Source: Candidatus Velthaea sp. (lineage in GTDB: Bacteria > Vulcanimicrobiota > Vulcanimicrobiia > Vulcanimicrobiales > Vulcanimicrobiaceae). From it: a stretch of DNA of 64,000 nucleotides. The position numbers were made by a program, and so were the translations under genes. Each line of letters begins with the position of its first letter. Position 1 is the first letter of the stretch. The notes under the pieces were generated by a model. The model had not been told where the DNA came from. It searched no databases and saw only the letters and a list, made by a program, of their open reading frames with translations. Location of the stretch: contig CBDCCS010000010.1 of assembly GCA_965214935.1 (NCBI GenBank), positions 234,105 to 298,104 on the forward strand, given 5' to 3'. Shown here piece after piece: positions 1 through 10,547 of the stretch.

Positions 1-49
1 GATTCGCGCCGAACGCCGCGAAACCTAGCGCCGGATATGATGTCGATTG

Positions 50-122
50 CGCGCCCGGACGGAGTCGAACCGCCATCTTCGAACTTAGAAGGTTCGTGCC
101 TTATCCATTAGACCACGGGCGC
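50..122 (-). tRNA. tRNA-Arg(TCT)
   Basis: Reverse complement GCGCCCGTGGTCTAATGGATAAGGCACGAAC-CTTCTAA-GTTCG...GGTTCGACTCC...CGGGCGCG folds as a cloverleaf; anticodon TCT; CCA not encoded. Confidence 0.95.
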
Positions 123-238
123 ATCGCGCAGCAGCGCCAGTCATTCGCCGGCTATTGCAACGGCGCGTGGCAGGCGTCAAGATCGCTACCTCCGGCGGAC
201 GTCTTTGCCCTGCACGTTTCGCGCGGCGCAGCATCGCA

Positions 239-874
239 TCATCGGACCCGCACGATCGCATCGTGTGCCGCGATCGTGCCGGAACGTTCGACGACGCAGT
301 AAACGCCTACGATATTCGCACGCTCCTGCGCGACGGCACGCAGGACGCCGGCGGTACTTGCTCCGGTCAGGACGTCGTACGTCGTCGTCACGCAACGGCG
401 GATCGGTTCGACGACGTGCAGCCGTGTGTCGCCCAGCATCAACATTGCACCACTCAATGTCGCTTCACGGGCGGTGAAATCCGGCGCGGCGCGAGCGTAG
501 ATGTTCGGCCGGTAGCGTAAGGGATCGAGCCGCAAGCCGGCCAGCTTTTCGACGTCGTCAAGCCAGGTGTCGAACACGAGCGAGACCGGCCGGGCATCAA
601 AATAGTGTCCGGCTCCGCTTTGCGCTTCGATGTCGACTCCGGCATCGCCGGCGATCGCCTGCGCTTCTTGCGTCGTCGCGACCGTATGCAGCAAATGATG
701 TTCTTTGCCGCGGAAGGGCCGGCCGTAACGAGCATGGTCACGACTCGTGACCATCAGCGCTGCGGCTCGATCGCCCGCAAAACCGCCTGCTTCGACCGTT
801 GCTTGCGCCAGTGCCTGGGGAGCGAGTGCCTTAACGGGGTAACGCCAAAGCCCCGCGACGGTTCCGATTACCAT
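239..874 (-). CDS. MOSC-domain protein
   Basis: N-terminal LWRYPVK, RYRPNI and RRCVTTT motifs. Start moved to ATG 874 because the longer ORF runs through tRNA-Pro. Confidence 0.85.
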   Translation of the reverse strand: MVIGTVAGLWRYPVKALAPQALAQATVEAGGFAGDRAAALMVTSRDHARYGRPFRGKEHHLLHTVATTQEAQAIAGDAGVDIEAQSGAGHYFDARPVSLVFDTWLDDVEKLAGLRLDPLRYRPNIYARAAPDFTAREATLSGAMLMLGDTRLHVVEPIRRCVTTTYDVLTGASTAGVLRAVAQERANIVGVYCVVERSGTIAAHDAIVRVR

Positions 875-923
875 GCCGACGACGACCCTTCCGGCGCTCG
901 CTCGATGCACTCGAGACAAAACG

Positions 924-997
924 TCGGGACGACAGGATTTGAACCTGCGACTTCTGCGTCCCAAACGCAGCGCTCTACCAAGCTGAGCTACGTCCCG
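924..997 (-). tRNA. tRNA-Pro(TGG)
   Basis: Reverse complement CGGGACGTAGCTCAGCTTGGTAGAGCGCTGCG-TTTGGGA-CGCAG...GGTTCAAATCC...GTCCCGA. Confidence 0.95.
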
Positions 998-1046
998 TGT
1001 GCGCTGCTTCTTCCCCTCAACGGCCGCGCGTGCCTCGCCCGGACGC

Positions 1047-1700
1047 TTATCCGGCGCGCAATTGCAAAGCGGCCGCATCGATCGAAGCGACGATCCCGGC
1101 GACGGCGATGGCACGGTGACTGACGCGATTCTTCTGCTCGTCGCTCAATTCGCCGAACGTCTTACGCGCCGGCGGATACCAAAAGATCGGATCGAACGAA
1201 AAGCCAAGTTCGCCGCGTTCGGCGAGCGCAATCTCGCCGTCAATGGTGCCGAACGACGCGAACTCGCGGCCATCGGCTCCGATATAGTGCAGCGCGCACA
1301 CAAAGCGCGCGCGCCGTTCGGCACCCGTCAGCGTACCAATTTCGGCGAGCAAGAGGGCGCGGCGCTGCGGCCAGCTCGCTTCGGCTCCGCCGTACTCCGC
1401 GGTCGCGACGCCCGGCCGCCCGGCCAAGGCAAAAACTTCGAGTCCGGAGTCATCGGCGAGGACGCCTTGCGTGCGCCCGGGGCCGGCTAAGCGCTCGTGC
1501 AGCGCACGCGCTTTAAGCGCGGCATTATCGGCATAGCTGCGGTCGCCTTCGAGCGGGCTGACGTAAGCGGACGACGGCCCGACGGCAATGCCGCGCGCCG
1601 CGAACAACGCACGCATCTCGCGCAATTTGCCGGCGTTACTCGTGGCGACGATGATGCCGCACGTCCGTGGATCGGTCGCCGCCGACGCAACCGGATTCAC
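1047..1700 (-). CDS. rdgB: Non-canonical purine NTP pyrophosphatase (Ham1/RdgB)
   Basis: [30 protein letters not shown] and KNRVSHR motifs; overlaps the lepA stop. Confidence 0.93.
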   Translation of the reverse strand: MNPVASAATDPRTCGIIVATSNAGKLREMRALFAARGIAVGPSSAYVSPLEGDRSYADNAALKARALHERLAGPGRTQGVLADDSGLEVFALAGRPGVATAEYGGAEASWPQRRALLLAEIGTLTGAERRARFVCALHYIGADGREFASFGTIDGEIALAERGELGFSFDPIFWYPPARKTFGELSDEQKNRVSHRAIAVAGIVASIDAAALQLRAG

Positions 1701-3529
1701 TCCTCGTCGAGCCGCAACACCGCCATGAAAGCTTCCTGCGGCAGATCGACGCGCCCGACACGCTTCATTCGTTCCTTACCGGCCTTTTGTTTTTCCAGCA
1801 GCTTGCGCTTGCGCGAAATATCGCCGCCGTAGCACTTTGCCAGCACGTTTTTGCGCAAGGCCCCAACGGTCTCGCGCGCGACGACTTTGCCGCCGATCGC
1901 CGCTTGGATTGGGACGTCGAACATCTGGCGCGGAATGAGCTCTTTGAGCTTGTCGGTCAACAGCCGCCCGCGCACCGGCGCTTTTTCGCGCGCAACGATG
2001 AACGACAACGCGTCGACCGGCTCGCCGTTAAGCAGTATCTCCAGTTTTACCAGATCGCCTTCGCGATAGCCGATCAACTCGTAATCGAGCGACGCATAGC
2101 CTTTGGTACGCGATTTGAGTTGGTCGAAATAATCGATGATGACTTCGATGAGCGGCATCTCGTACGTGAGGATGACGCGCCCGTCGATGAGATACTCCAT
2201 ATTGCCCAGCGTGCCGCGCCGATTCTGGGTAAGTTCCATGATCGCCCCGACGTACTCGGGCGGCGTGATCACGGTCGACTTGACGTACGGCTCTTCCATG
2301 ATCTCGATTTTATCGCGCACCGGCATTTTCGCCGGGTTGTCGATGAGCATCACGCCACCGTCGGTCAGCGTAACTCGGAATACGACCGACGGCGACGTTG
2401 CGATCAAGTCGAGATTGTAGTTTCGTTCTAACCGCTCTTGCACGATCTCCATGTGCAGCAGCCCCAAGAAACCGCAACGAAAGCCGAAGCCCAGCGCGAT
2501 CGACGATTCGGGCTCGAAGTGCAGCGCCGAGTCGTTGAGTGCCAGCTTCTCGAGCGCATCGCGCAGGTCGCCGACCTCGACGCCTTCGTTGGGATACAAA
2601 CCGCAATACACCATCGGCACGATCGGTTTGTAGCCCGGCAACGCCTCGAGCGCCGGATTCGCCGCTTCGGTAATCGTATCGCCGACATCCATTTCGCCCA
2701 GCGACTTGATGTTGGCAATGACATAGCCCACGTTACCGATCTCGAGTTCACCCGTCTTGACCATGCCCGGTTTGAACACGCCGACTTCGGTCGCCTCATA
2801 CACGCGCTTGTGCGCCATCGACATGAACTTCGAGCCGGCTTTGAGCGCCCCGTCGACGATACGCACGTACGCAACGACGCCGCGATACGGATCGAACTGC
2901 GCATCGAAGACCAGCCCGCGCAACTGTTCGACTTTCCCGGTCGGCGACGGAATGCGTTTGACGATCGCTTCGAGGATCTCGGTGATACCGATGCCTTCTT
3001 TTGCGCTGCACAAAATTGCATCGCTGGCTTCGATAATGAGCAGTTCTTCGATCTCTTTCTTTACGCGCTCGGGATCGGCCGCCGGCAAATCGATCTTATT
3101 GATCACGGGGATGATCGTGAGATTGTTCTCGAGAGCGAGATGGTAATTGGCCAGCGTTTGCGCTTCGATCCCTTGCGCGGCATCGATGACGAGCAGCGCG
3201 CCTTCACAGGCTTTGAGCGAGCGCGACACTTCGGAACTGAAATCGACGTGTCCGGGCGTATCGATGAAATTCAATTCGTATGTTTGCCCGTCGTTGGCAA
3301 TATACGACAGCGTCACGGGATGCATCTTGATCGTGATCCCGCGCTCGCGTTCGAGATCCATCGCATCGAGCATTTGCTCGCCGATCTGACGCTGTTCGAT
3401 CGTCCGCGTCACCTCGAGCAGCCGGTCGGACAGCGTCGTCTTGCCATGATCGATATGCGCGATGATGCAAAAATTCCGAACGTTGACGGGGCCCTTGACG
3501 GGCATGATGAGAGGTTTGGGCTCAATCAC
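1697..3529 (-). CDS. lepA: Elongation factor 4
   Basis: [33 protein letters not shown] and [18 protein letters not shown]. Confidence 0.98.
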   Translation of the reverse strand: MIEPKPLIMPVKGPVNVRNFCIIAHIDHGKTTLSDRLLEVTRTIEQRQIGEQMLDAMDLERERGITIKMHPVTLSYIANDGQTYELNFIDTPGHVDFSSEVSRSLKACEGALLVIDAAQGIEAQTLANYHLALENNLTIIPVINKIDLPAADPERVKKEIEELLIIEASDAILCSAKEGIGITEILEAIVKRIPSPTGKVEQLRGLVFDAQFDPYRGVVAYVRIVDGALKAGSKFMSMAHKRVYEATEVGVFKPGMVKTGELEIGNVGYVIANIKSLGEMDVGDTITEAANPALEALPGYKPIVPMVYCGLYPNEGVEVGDLRDALEKLALNDSALHFEPESSIALGFGFRCGFLGLLHMEIVQERLERNYNLDLIATSPSVVFRVTLTDGGVMLIDNPAKMPVRDKIEIMEEPYVKSTVITPPEYVGAIMELTQNRRGTLGNMEYLIDGRVILTYEMPLIEVIIDYFDQLKSRTKGYASLDYELIGYREGDLVKLEILLNGEPVDALSFIVAREKAPVRGRLLTDKLKELIPRQMFDVPIQAAIGGKVVARETVGALRKNVLAKCYGGDISRKRKLLEKQKAGKERMKRVGRVDLPQEAFMAVLRLDEE

Positions 3530-3544
3530 GATGGCGGCGTTTCT

Positions 3545-3817
3545 TTAGAATACAGAACAACTGTACTGCGCAACAATCGTGTTGTTGACGTACTGAATGA
3601 TCAAAATGACGACGAAGAACGACAAGTCCAGTCCGCCGATGGGCGGGATGATGCGTCGCACCGGAACGAGCACCGGCTCGACGAGCCGCGTAATGACGTC
3701 GCTCCAGCGGCCGCGCAAACTCGGCACCCAAGACAGCAGTGCGTAGATCAGCATCAGCAGGAGATAGACGTTGAGAATGACGTGAATGGCGCCGTAGACG
3801 TGGCAAAGGGGATCCAT
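3545..3817 (-). CDS. yggT: YggT family membrane protein
   Basis: ALLSW...EPVLVPVRRIIPPIGGLDLS motif. Confidence 0.9.
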   Translation of the reverse strand: MDPLCHVYGAIHVILNVYLLLMLIYALLSWVPSLRGRWSDVITRLVEPVLVPVRRIIPPIGGLDLSFFVVILIIQYVNNTIVAQYSCSVF

Positions 3818-3820
3818 AGA

Positions 3821-4756
3821 CTACTGTACGCTCGAATCGGCCGGAAGTGTCGCGAGCACGTTGGCCGGGATTCCGTTGAGAAACGGCAGCGGATCGACGG
3901 CGACCCCGTCATGCATGAGCTGATAATGCAAGTGCGCACCAGTCGATTCACCGGTCGAACCGACCGCGGCAATCTCGTCGCCTTTGCGGATTGCATCACC
4001 GGGCCGGACCGATGCCCGCGACAGATGACAGTACCAGGTGTGGTATCCGTTGCCGTGATCGATATCGACCTTGATGCCGAAGCCGCCGTCCCAACCGGAC
4101 GACGCGACGACGCCGGCTGCTGCGGCATGCACGGGCGCACCGTACGCAGCCGCTAAATCGAGGCCTTTGTGAAACTCCGGAAACGGATTCGTCCGGTAGC
4201 CGAACGCCGCATTGATTGCGCCGCCGACCGGATTGAGCGACGGAATCGCCGCGAGCATGCGATAGCGCGCGATCGATGCGAGGTGACGGAGGTTGAGCAC
4301 GCGGCCGGCGAGGCGCGACAGCCGCGCAGTTCGCAAGCGCGTTCGGGCCGAAAGCCCGGCCAGCCGCTCCAAATGCCGGCCGAGACCGGCGACGCTCGAG
4401 CGGTCGCGTTCGAGCATCGCATGCTCCTCGACCCGGGCCGCGGGTGACTTGACGCGCGTGCCGAGTGCGCGGCCGATCGCTTCGATCCGGCGCTCGCTTT
4501 CGGCATTCTGGCGCTGCAAGGTCTGCGCTTGGCGCTCCATCGCATCGAGCTTTCCCTGCTCGTCGCGACGCTGTGCTTCGAGCCGTCCGGCGTCGGCCGC
4601 CGCGACGCGAAGCTGCGCGAAATCCACGCTCAACAAACCGCCGATTACCAGCGTGAAGAGCCCGGCGAGCAGCATGACGTGGACGCCCCGAACGTGGATG
4701 CGGTAGAACGCGGAACCCGCCAGTCGCAAAAACTTAAGGAGAAAACCGCACTTCAC
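3821..4756 (-). CDS. M23 family metallopeptidase with N-terminal TM segment and coiled coil
   Basis: HKGLD (HxxxD), TWYCHL and STGAHLHY. GTG 4756 overlaps the upstream TGA. Confidence 0.9.
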   Translation of the reverse strand: MKCGFLLKFLRLAGSAFYRIHVRGVHVMLLAGLFTLVIGGLLSVDFAQLRVAAADAGRLEAQRRDEQGKLDAMERQAQTLQRQNAESERRIEAIGRALGTRVKSPAARVEEHAMLERDRSSVAGLGRHLERLAGLSARTRLRTARLSRLAGRVLNLRHLASIARYRMLAAIPSLNPVGGAINAAFGYRTNPFPEFHKGLDLAAAYGAPVHAAAAGVVASSGWDGGFGIKVDIDHGNGYHTWYCHLSRASVRPGDAIRKGDEIAAVGSTGESTGAHLHYQLMHDGVAVDPLPFLNGIPANVLATLPADSSVQ

Positions 4757-5226
4757 CGGGCCGCCGCCGCTGCCCGCGCTTTTGCAATCGCCGCGACCTC
4801 TTCGTTCGAGCTCTCCTGCACGGAGGCAAAGGCGGTCACGGCTTTGCCGTACGTGCGCGTTTCTTCGCGCGACCAAATACTTGAAATGACCACACCGTCG
4901 CCGCTCTTGGACACCAGCGCCAGAGCATACGACAGATCCGCGCCGGTGTTCTCGAAGGCGTTGTAGCGCACGAAGCCGATGTGGGGAACCGCCTGCACGA
5001 CCGTTTCGATTGTGTGGACGCGCCCGGTGAGTTCGCGCGTCGAGGCTTGCAACGCGGCAACCCGATCTGTCGGCAGGCCGCTGCCGTCACCGAGAATGGC
5101 CGCGTGGCTGTCGAGCGCCGCGGTTAATTTGCGCAGGCGCGGCGCGACGACCAGCACGTGATACGTGCCGAACATGACAAGCGCACCGCCGAGTGCAACG
5201 AGCACGGTCGAGCTAAGGTTCTGCAC
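4753..5226 (-). CDS. DUF4446-like membrane-anchored protein
   Basis: N-terminal TM; GFVRYNAFENTGADLSYALAL and SREETRTYGK resemble DUF4446. Confidence 0.8.
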   Translation of the reverse strand: MQNLSSTVLVALGGALVMFGTYHVLVVAPRLRKLTAALDSHAAILGDGSGLPTDRVAALQASTRELTGRVHTIETVVQAVPHIGFVRYNAFENTGADLSYALALVSKSGDGVVISSIWSREETRTYGKAVTAFASVQESSNEEVAAIAKARAAAAAR

Positions 5227-5277
5227 GAAACTCCAACGCTAGAGAAGGGGCCGCTCCGCCGGCACCTTACCATAAAG

Positions 5278-5396
5278 GCCAAGACGAGAGCTAGGTAATC
5301 CGCGGCACACGAAATGGCCCGCTTACCGTTGCTTCCTTCCGAATCTGGCGGAGTTCACGGGTTTGCGTTGCGCGGAGCCCAACCCTCGTCGAGGCT
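5278..5396 (-). ncRNA. ffs: Signal recognition particle RNA
   Basis: Minus strand GTGAACTCCGCCAGATTCGGAAGGAAGCAACGGTAAGC matches the SRP S-domain, closed by GACGAGGGTTGGG/CCTAGCTCTCGTC. Ends uncertain. Confidence 0.9.
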
Positions 5397-5476
5397 TCGC
5401 CTATGATAGCACATGGCTGCGATCCGACCCTTGCAGCAGCGCTGACGCACGGCTGCAAGTGACGCGCCGCTGCGCG

Positions 5477-6586
5477 TCAGCGTCCGCCGTCTTTAACGAA
5501 GTCGGGCGGAATCTCGAACAGTCCGGCGTTGGCGGAGGTCAGCGAGTGAACGTTTCCGCGTTCGGTCAAGAAGACGAATCCTGGTGCCGGTGACGCTTGG
5601 GGCGAAGGCGAACCAGCGGCACCGCTGACGCCGATCGTCTGATACAGCGAAAGATTCTGCGCCGGTACGGCCGGGCCCGACGCATGCGCGACAAACGTCG
5701 GGCGGCAGCCGCCCGAGGCGACGAAGTTCAGCGGTTCGCGCGGGTACGAATGAACCGCAGGTACCGCGGTCATCGGGCAGCTTACGCCGGGAGCCGGAAA
5801 GCGCGTAAAATAGGCCTTGGAGTGGAACGCAAAGTTGCCGTTGCGGCAGCTGCCCGTGGCTTGCGAAAGTGCAAATGTCGAAGTGTTATCAAAACCGGCG
5901 GTATCGAGACCTTCGAGCCGCTTGGCACCGAGCGGTTTAACGACGTTGGTAAAGCTTGCAACAGCCGTTCCCGGTGCCTCGGGCGGCACGGTATCGCGCA
6001 CGCGGGTGTGGCGTTTCGGCGGTTCGGCGGTTGTCTCGGCGAGAGCGCTGCGGTCGGCCGTATCGATCATGCTGTAGGTCTTCTTGGTGAGATCGAGCCG
6101 GATGATTTGGTGCAAGTCGCACTTCGTAATCGTCGCCGTCGAAGCCGCAAGGTCATCGACGCGTTCCCAGCCCAAATAGAAGCTATGCCGCTCGATACGG
6201 CCTTGCAGCAGACCGTGCAGCATGCCGGCCAGTGCGCCGCCTGTTTGCGCCATCACCCGGTCGACTTGGGCGTCGAGAGCATTACCGACGAGCGCATCGG
6301 TCGCGCCGCCGGCCACTGCTCCGGCGACATTGCCGTTCATCAAGCCTCCGGCCAACGCGCCGAGGTTAAAACCATGCCGGCGCGGGGCTGCCGATGCCGC
6401 GACGGGCGCCGGCGAACTGATGGCGGCCGCGTCGGCGCTGAAATTTCCCGGCGGGGGCGGGGTTGCGCCGCTGATGACGCGGTCGATTTCATCGTACTGC
6501 AGCCCGGTCGAAGCTGCATGCGGAACGGCGGGCAACAGCATCGCGAACGCGACCGTTGCAGTCAAACGAACGAGCGATCGGAGCAT
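5477..6586 (-). CDS. Secreted hypothetical protein (possible DUF4412/LolA-like beta fold)
   Basis: Signal peptide MLRSLVRLTATVAFAMLLPAVPHA; IIRLDLTKKTYSMID and LFEIPPDF resemble DUF4412-type proteins. Confidence 0.6.
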   Translation of the reverse strand: MLRSLVRLTATVAFAMLLPAVPHAASTGLQYDEIDRVISGATPPPPGNFSADAAAISSPAPVAASAAPRRHGFNLGALAGGLMNGNVAGAVAGGATDALVGNALDAQVDRVMAQTGGALAGMLHGLLQGRIERHSFYLGWERVDDLAASTATITKCDLHQIIRLDLTKKTYSMIDTADRSALAETTAEPPKRHTRVRDTVPPEAPGTAVASFTNVVKPLGAKRLEGLDTAGFDNTSTFALSQATGSCRNGNFAFHSKAYFTRFPAPGVSCPMTAVPAVHSYPREPLNFVASGGCRPTFVAHASGPAVPAQNLSLYQTIGVSGAAGSPSPQASPAPGFVFLTERGNVHSLTSANAGLFEIPPDFVKDGGR

Positions 6587-6602
6587 AAGGGAACGTACGA
6601 GC

Positions 6603-7784
6603 ATGATAGCGGCTGTCCTTGCGAATTTAGCTAATCGTGCGCTGCGGACGGCGTTGACCGTCGGCGGCATTGCCGTCGGCATTCTGGCCCTCGTCGTTGT
6701 CGGTTCGCTCGCCGAACGGCTACAAACAATCGTCGGGCGGTCGCTCGCGCTCAACACCGGCTCGCTGTTTGCCGTGGCGACCGGTTTCGATCGCGGCGAC
6801 AGTGCGTCGCAGGCCGGCCAGCTGGCGCGTGCGGCCGGTACGATCCGGCATTTCGGCGGCGTTCGCGACGTCGTTGCCGAGGTGATCGTGCCGTACGCGG
6901 TGGCGGGCGCCGGAGCGGATCCCGGCCGGTTCGGTCCGCCGGCGCTGGTGTTCGGTTTCCCGCCGGCCGCACGCGCCTACCAGCGATCCGCGCCGCGCGT
7001 TGCCGACGGCCGCGACTTACGTTCGGACGACGTCCGCTCGGCCGTGATCGGTGCGGATTTTGCGGCTTCCGCCGACGCGCGAGTCGGTTCGACGATCGCC
7101 GTCTACGGCAACTCGTTTCACGTTGTCGGCATCATTGAAAAATCGTTTACGCTTTTCGATGCCGCGATCGTCGTGCCGTTCGCACAAGCGCAATTACTGA
7201 TGCTTCAAGACGTTACGCCCGCAGCGCCGCGCTTGCCGCACGCGCCGGCCACGGCGCTCATGGTGGTCGTTGCGCCCGGCACCGATACCGCCTTGCTGGC
7301 GCGACGCATCAACCTCATGACCGGTTTGCAAGCGCGCGATCCGAAAGCAACCGCCGCGAACTTCGCATCCGTGACGTCGATCTTCGATGCCATTATCTTC
7401 GGGGCGGCGCTCATCGCACTTGTCGTCGGCGCATTTTCGATCGTCAACACGATGACGATCGCCGTAACGGAACGCACGCGCGAGATCGGCATTCGGAAAG
7501 CAATCGGCGCGGGCGACGGGGACATTTTGCGCGAGTTCATGCTCGAAGCCGCCGTGATCGGGGCTCTCGGCGCCGTCGCGGGGATCGCGACCGGCGCCCT
7601 CGTCGTCGACTACGTGAACGCGCGCAATGCCGCGGTCGGCAGTCTCGAACTCTTTGCCGTCACCCCGCGTCTGATCGTCGGATCCTTTGCCTTCGCCGTC
7701 GTGCTCAGTGTCGTTGCCGGGCTGCTGCCCGCGCTGCGCGCCGCTCGGCTCGATCCAACGGAGGCTTTACGCCGAAACGCTTGA
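6603..7784 (+). CDS. MacB/FtsX-family ABC permease
   Basis: RTALTVGGIAVG, IVNTMTIAVTERTREIGIRKAIGA and PALRAARLDPTEALR. Confidence 0.92.
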   Translation: MIAAVLANLANRALRTALTVGGIAVGILALVVVGSLAERLQTIVGRSLALNTGSLFAVATGFDRGDSASQAGQLARAAGTIRHFGGVRDVVAEVIVPYAVAGAGADPGRFGPPALVFGFPPAARAYQRSAPRVADGRDLRSDDVRSAVIGADFAASADARVGSTIAVYGNSFHVVGIIEKSFTLFDAAIVVPFAQAQLLMLQDVTPAAPRLPHAPATALMVVVAPGTDTALLARRINLMTGLQARDPKATAANFASVTSIFDAIIFGAALIALVVGAFSIVNTMTIAVTERTREIGIRKAIGAGDGDILREFMLEAAVIGALGAVAGIATGALVVDYVNARNAAVGSLELFAVTPRLIVGSFAFAVVLSVVAGLLPALRAARLDPTEALRRNA

Positions 7785-7824
7785 ACTTTCGCCTGTTTCG
7801 CCCCTCCAGGAGACGTCCACCGCC

Positions 7825-9870
7825 GTGCGCATCACTCGTTACCTCACCTGTCTTGCGCTCATCGGAGCGACGGCCGGCAGCGCGCCCGGCGCGATCCCCG
7901 GAGCGGCCGTTGCGGCGGTTCCGTTAACGATCGATTGGAATCGCGGGCCCGCCCAAGTCAGCGCGACGTGCAATGCCGAGATCGGCCGCGCTCAACAACG
8001 CGTGACGGCGCTGACCGCACTGCGATCGAATCGTACGTTTGCAACGGTCGTACAGCCGCTCGAAACCATTTTTGCCGATCTCAACGACGACACCGCGGCC
8101 GAACAATTTCTCACCAATGTTTCGACCGACAAAGCCGTGCGCGACGCGTCGCTCGCATGCAACTCCGCCCAGGCCGCGTTTGCCGGCGAAGTCACGGCTC
8201 GTCCGGCGCTCTTCGCCGCCCTGAAAGCAGCGAAGACATCCAACACCGCGAGCAGCGATGCGCAACGGAAATTGACCGATCTCTGGCTGACGGCAAGCAC
8301 GCGCGCCGGCGCGGGTCTGCCGCAGCAGCAGCATGACGAATTCGTGAAGCTCAGCGCGCAATTGAGCGGCTTACAGAACCAATTTGAATCGAATCTCGGC
8401 AACGATGCGACGACGATTGCTTTGACGGCGGCGCAACTCGCCGGGCTGCCGGCCGATCTCAGCGCGACCTTTACAAAGTCCGGCGCTAGCTTCGTCGTAC
8501 CGGTCAACGAAAGCACCGTTACGCCGTTCATGCAGAATGCGACCGACGAATCGGCTCGCAGAGCGTACTACCTCGCTTACTACAATCGCGGCGGCAGCAA
8601 GAATGTCGCATTACTCGAACAAGCAATCGGCATTCGCGACCGGCTCGGCCATCTTTTCGGTTATCCAAGTTGGGCGGCATATGTGTTAGCCGACAAGATG
8701 GCCCAAACGCCGCAACGTGTCGATGCGTTCCTCGCGAACATCGATGCCGCCATCTTGCCCAAGGCACGCGCGGAACGGGCCGCGCTCGCCGCGCTCAAAG
8801 GCGGCGGCTCGTTCGAGAACTGGGACACCGCATTTTACGAAACGCAATTGCGTAAGCAGAAATATAGCGTCGATCAAACCGCGATTAAACAATACTTTCC
8901 GGTACAGCACACCGTCGACGCGGTCCTCGCGGTGTATGCCGAACTGCTGAGCGTTTCATTCAAGCCGATCGTTGCGCCGCAGATTTACAACCCTGAAGTT
9001 CTCGCATATGAAGTGCACGATGGTCCCAGCGGCGTGCTGCTCGGTAAGTTCTATCTCGATCTGTTTCCGCGACCCGGTAAGTACGATCATTTCGCGAGCT
9101 TTCCGATCGTGCCGCGCCGCGTGCTGCCCGACGGCAGCGTGCGCGCACCGATCGCTGCAATCGTCGGAAACTGGTCGCGTCCGGCGGCCGGCCGGCCGGC
9201 TCTGCTTTCGCACGACGAAGTCGAAACGTTCTTCCATGAATTCGGCCACAATATGGCAGCGATGCTCGCCGACGAGCCGTACGAAACGCTCAACTCCGGT
9301 TTCCGCGCCGATTTCATTGAAGCGCCTTCGCAGATGCTTGAGAATTGGGTTTGGGACCCGGGCATTCTCAAAGCGATTTCGTCCAACGTTACGACCGGTG
9401 CGCCGTTGCCCGACGCATTGATCGCAAAGATGATCGCCGCGCGGTACGTCGATTATGCATATGCAACGTCGCAACAGATTCTGTATGCGTCGGTCGACAT
9501 GGCGTATCACACTGCCGGTCAAAACGTCGATACGACGGCAATTTGGAAGCGCACCGTGAGCGAACGGACGCCCAATCAATTCGTCGACGGAACGCATCCG
9601 CAGGCGGCATTCGGTCATCTCATGGGCGGTTATGACGCCGGCTATTACGGTTACTTGTGGTCGAAAGTTTACGCCCAAGATATGTTTACTGCATTCCGGA
9701 CGGCCGGGTTGGAAGATCCCGGAATCGGGCGGCGCTATCGCGACGACATCTTAGCGCCGGCGCGGACGTACGAGCCGGATGCCGAGGTATCGGCGTTCCT
9801 TGGGCGGGCGATGAATCCGGCGGCGTTTTACGCCGAGCTTGGAATCGCGCCCCAAGCGTCGATGCGCTGA
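7825..9870 (+). CDS. Secreted M3 metallopeptidase (thimet oligopeptidase-like)
   Basis: FHEFGH, DFIEAPSQMLENW and GYYGYLWS; signal peptide; SD AGGAGA upstream of GTG 7825. Confidence 0.93.
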   Translation: MRITRYLTCLALIGATAGSAPGAIPGAAVAAVPLTIDWNRGPAQVSATCNAEIGRAQQRVTALTALRSNRTFATVVQPLETIFADLNDDTAAEQFLTNVSTDKAVRDASLACNSAQAAFAGEVTARPALFAALKAAKTSNTASSDAQRKLTDLWLTASTRAGAGLPQQQHDEFVKLSAQLSGLQNQFESNLGNDATTIALTAAQLAGLPADLSATFTKSGASFVVPVNESTVTPFMQNATDESARRAYYLAYYNRGGSKNVALLEQAIGIRDRLGHLFGYPSWAAYVLADKMAQTPQRVDAFLANIDAAILPKARAERAALAALKGGGSFENWDTAFYETQLRKQKYSVDQTAIKQYFPVQHTVDAVLAVYAELLSVSFKPIVAPQIYNPEVLAYEVHDGPSGVLLGKFYLDLFPRPGKYDHFASFPIVPRRVLPDGSVRAPIAAIVGNWSRPAAGRPALLSHDEVETFFHEFGHNMAAMLADEPYETLNSGFRADFIEAPSQMLENWVWDPGILKAISSNVTTGAPLPDALIAKMIAARYVDYAYATSQQILYASVDMAYHTAGQNVDTTAIWKRTVSERTPNQFVDGTHPQAAFGHLMGGYDAGYYGYLWSKVYAQDMFTAFRTAGLEDPGIGRRYRDDILAPARTYEPDAEVSAFLGRAMNPAAFYAELGIAPQASMR

Positions 9871-10547
9871 GCGACGCGGTCGTCGCATTGCGCGACGTCG
9901 TTAAAATTCACGCCGGCGGAACCGCGACGCAGGTGCGTGCGCTAGCCGGCGTTTCGTTTGATATCGAGCGTGGTGCGCACGTGGCGATCGTTGGTGAAAG
10001 CGGCAGCGGCAAAACCACGCTCATGCATATCCTCGGTGCGCTCGACCGGCCCACGAGCGGCAGCGTCGTCATCGACGGCGTCGACATCACGCACGCCGGT
10101 CGCACAACGCTCAAGCTGCTGCGCGCGACGAGAATCGGTTTCGTCTTTCAAGGCTTCAATCTGATCGCGTCGCTCGACGCGCTCGAGAACGTCATGCTGC
10201 CGGCGCGTTATGCCGGAGTTTCGCCGCTGCATGCGCGGCAACGCGCGCGCCGATTACTTGCCGACGTCGGCTTGGCCGACCGCATGCAGCATCGGCCGGC
10301 GCAGCTTTCGGGCGGACAGCAACAGCGAGTCGCGATCGCGCGCGCGCTCGTCAACGAACCGGCGCTCATTCTCGCCGACGAACCGACGGGCGAACTGGAC
10401 CGGCGCACGAGCGAGACGGTGCTGAGCTTACTCGAACGCGTCAACACGAGCGCCGGCCATACGCTCGTCGTCGTTACGCACAGCGAGTCGGTCTGGCAGC
10501 GCGCACAACGCGTCATTCGCATTGCCGACGGTGCACTTGTCGCGTAG
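9867..10547 (+). CDS. ABC ATP-binding protein (LolD/MacB type)
   Basis: GESGSGKTT, LSGGQQQRVAIARAL and ILADEPTG. Start uncertain (CTG 9867 or TTG 9888). Confidence 0.92.
   Translation: MSDAVVALRDVVKIHAGGTATQVRALAGVSFDIERGAHVAIVGESGSGKTTLMHILGALDRPTSGSVVIDGVDITHAGRTTLKLLRATRIGFVFQGFNLIASLDALENVMLPARYAGVSPLHARQRARRLLADVGLADRMQHRPAQLSGGQQQRVAIARALVNEPALILADEPTGELDRRTSETVLSLLERVNTSAGHTLVVVTHSESVWQRAQRVIRIADGALVA

Noticed and set aside
2438..4156. 572-aa plus-strand ORF and many similar long antisense ORFs
   Set aside because: Shadow frames of well-supported genes, expected in high-GC DNA; no recognisable motifs.
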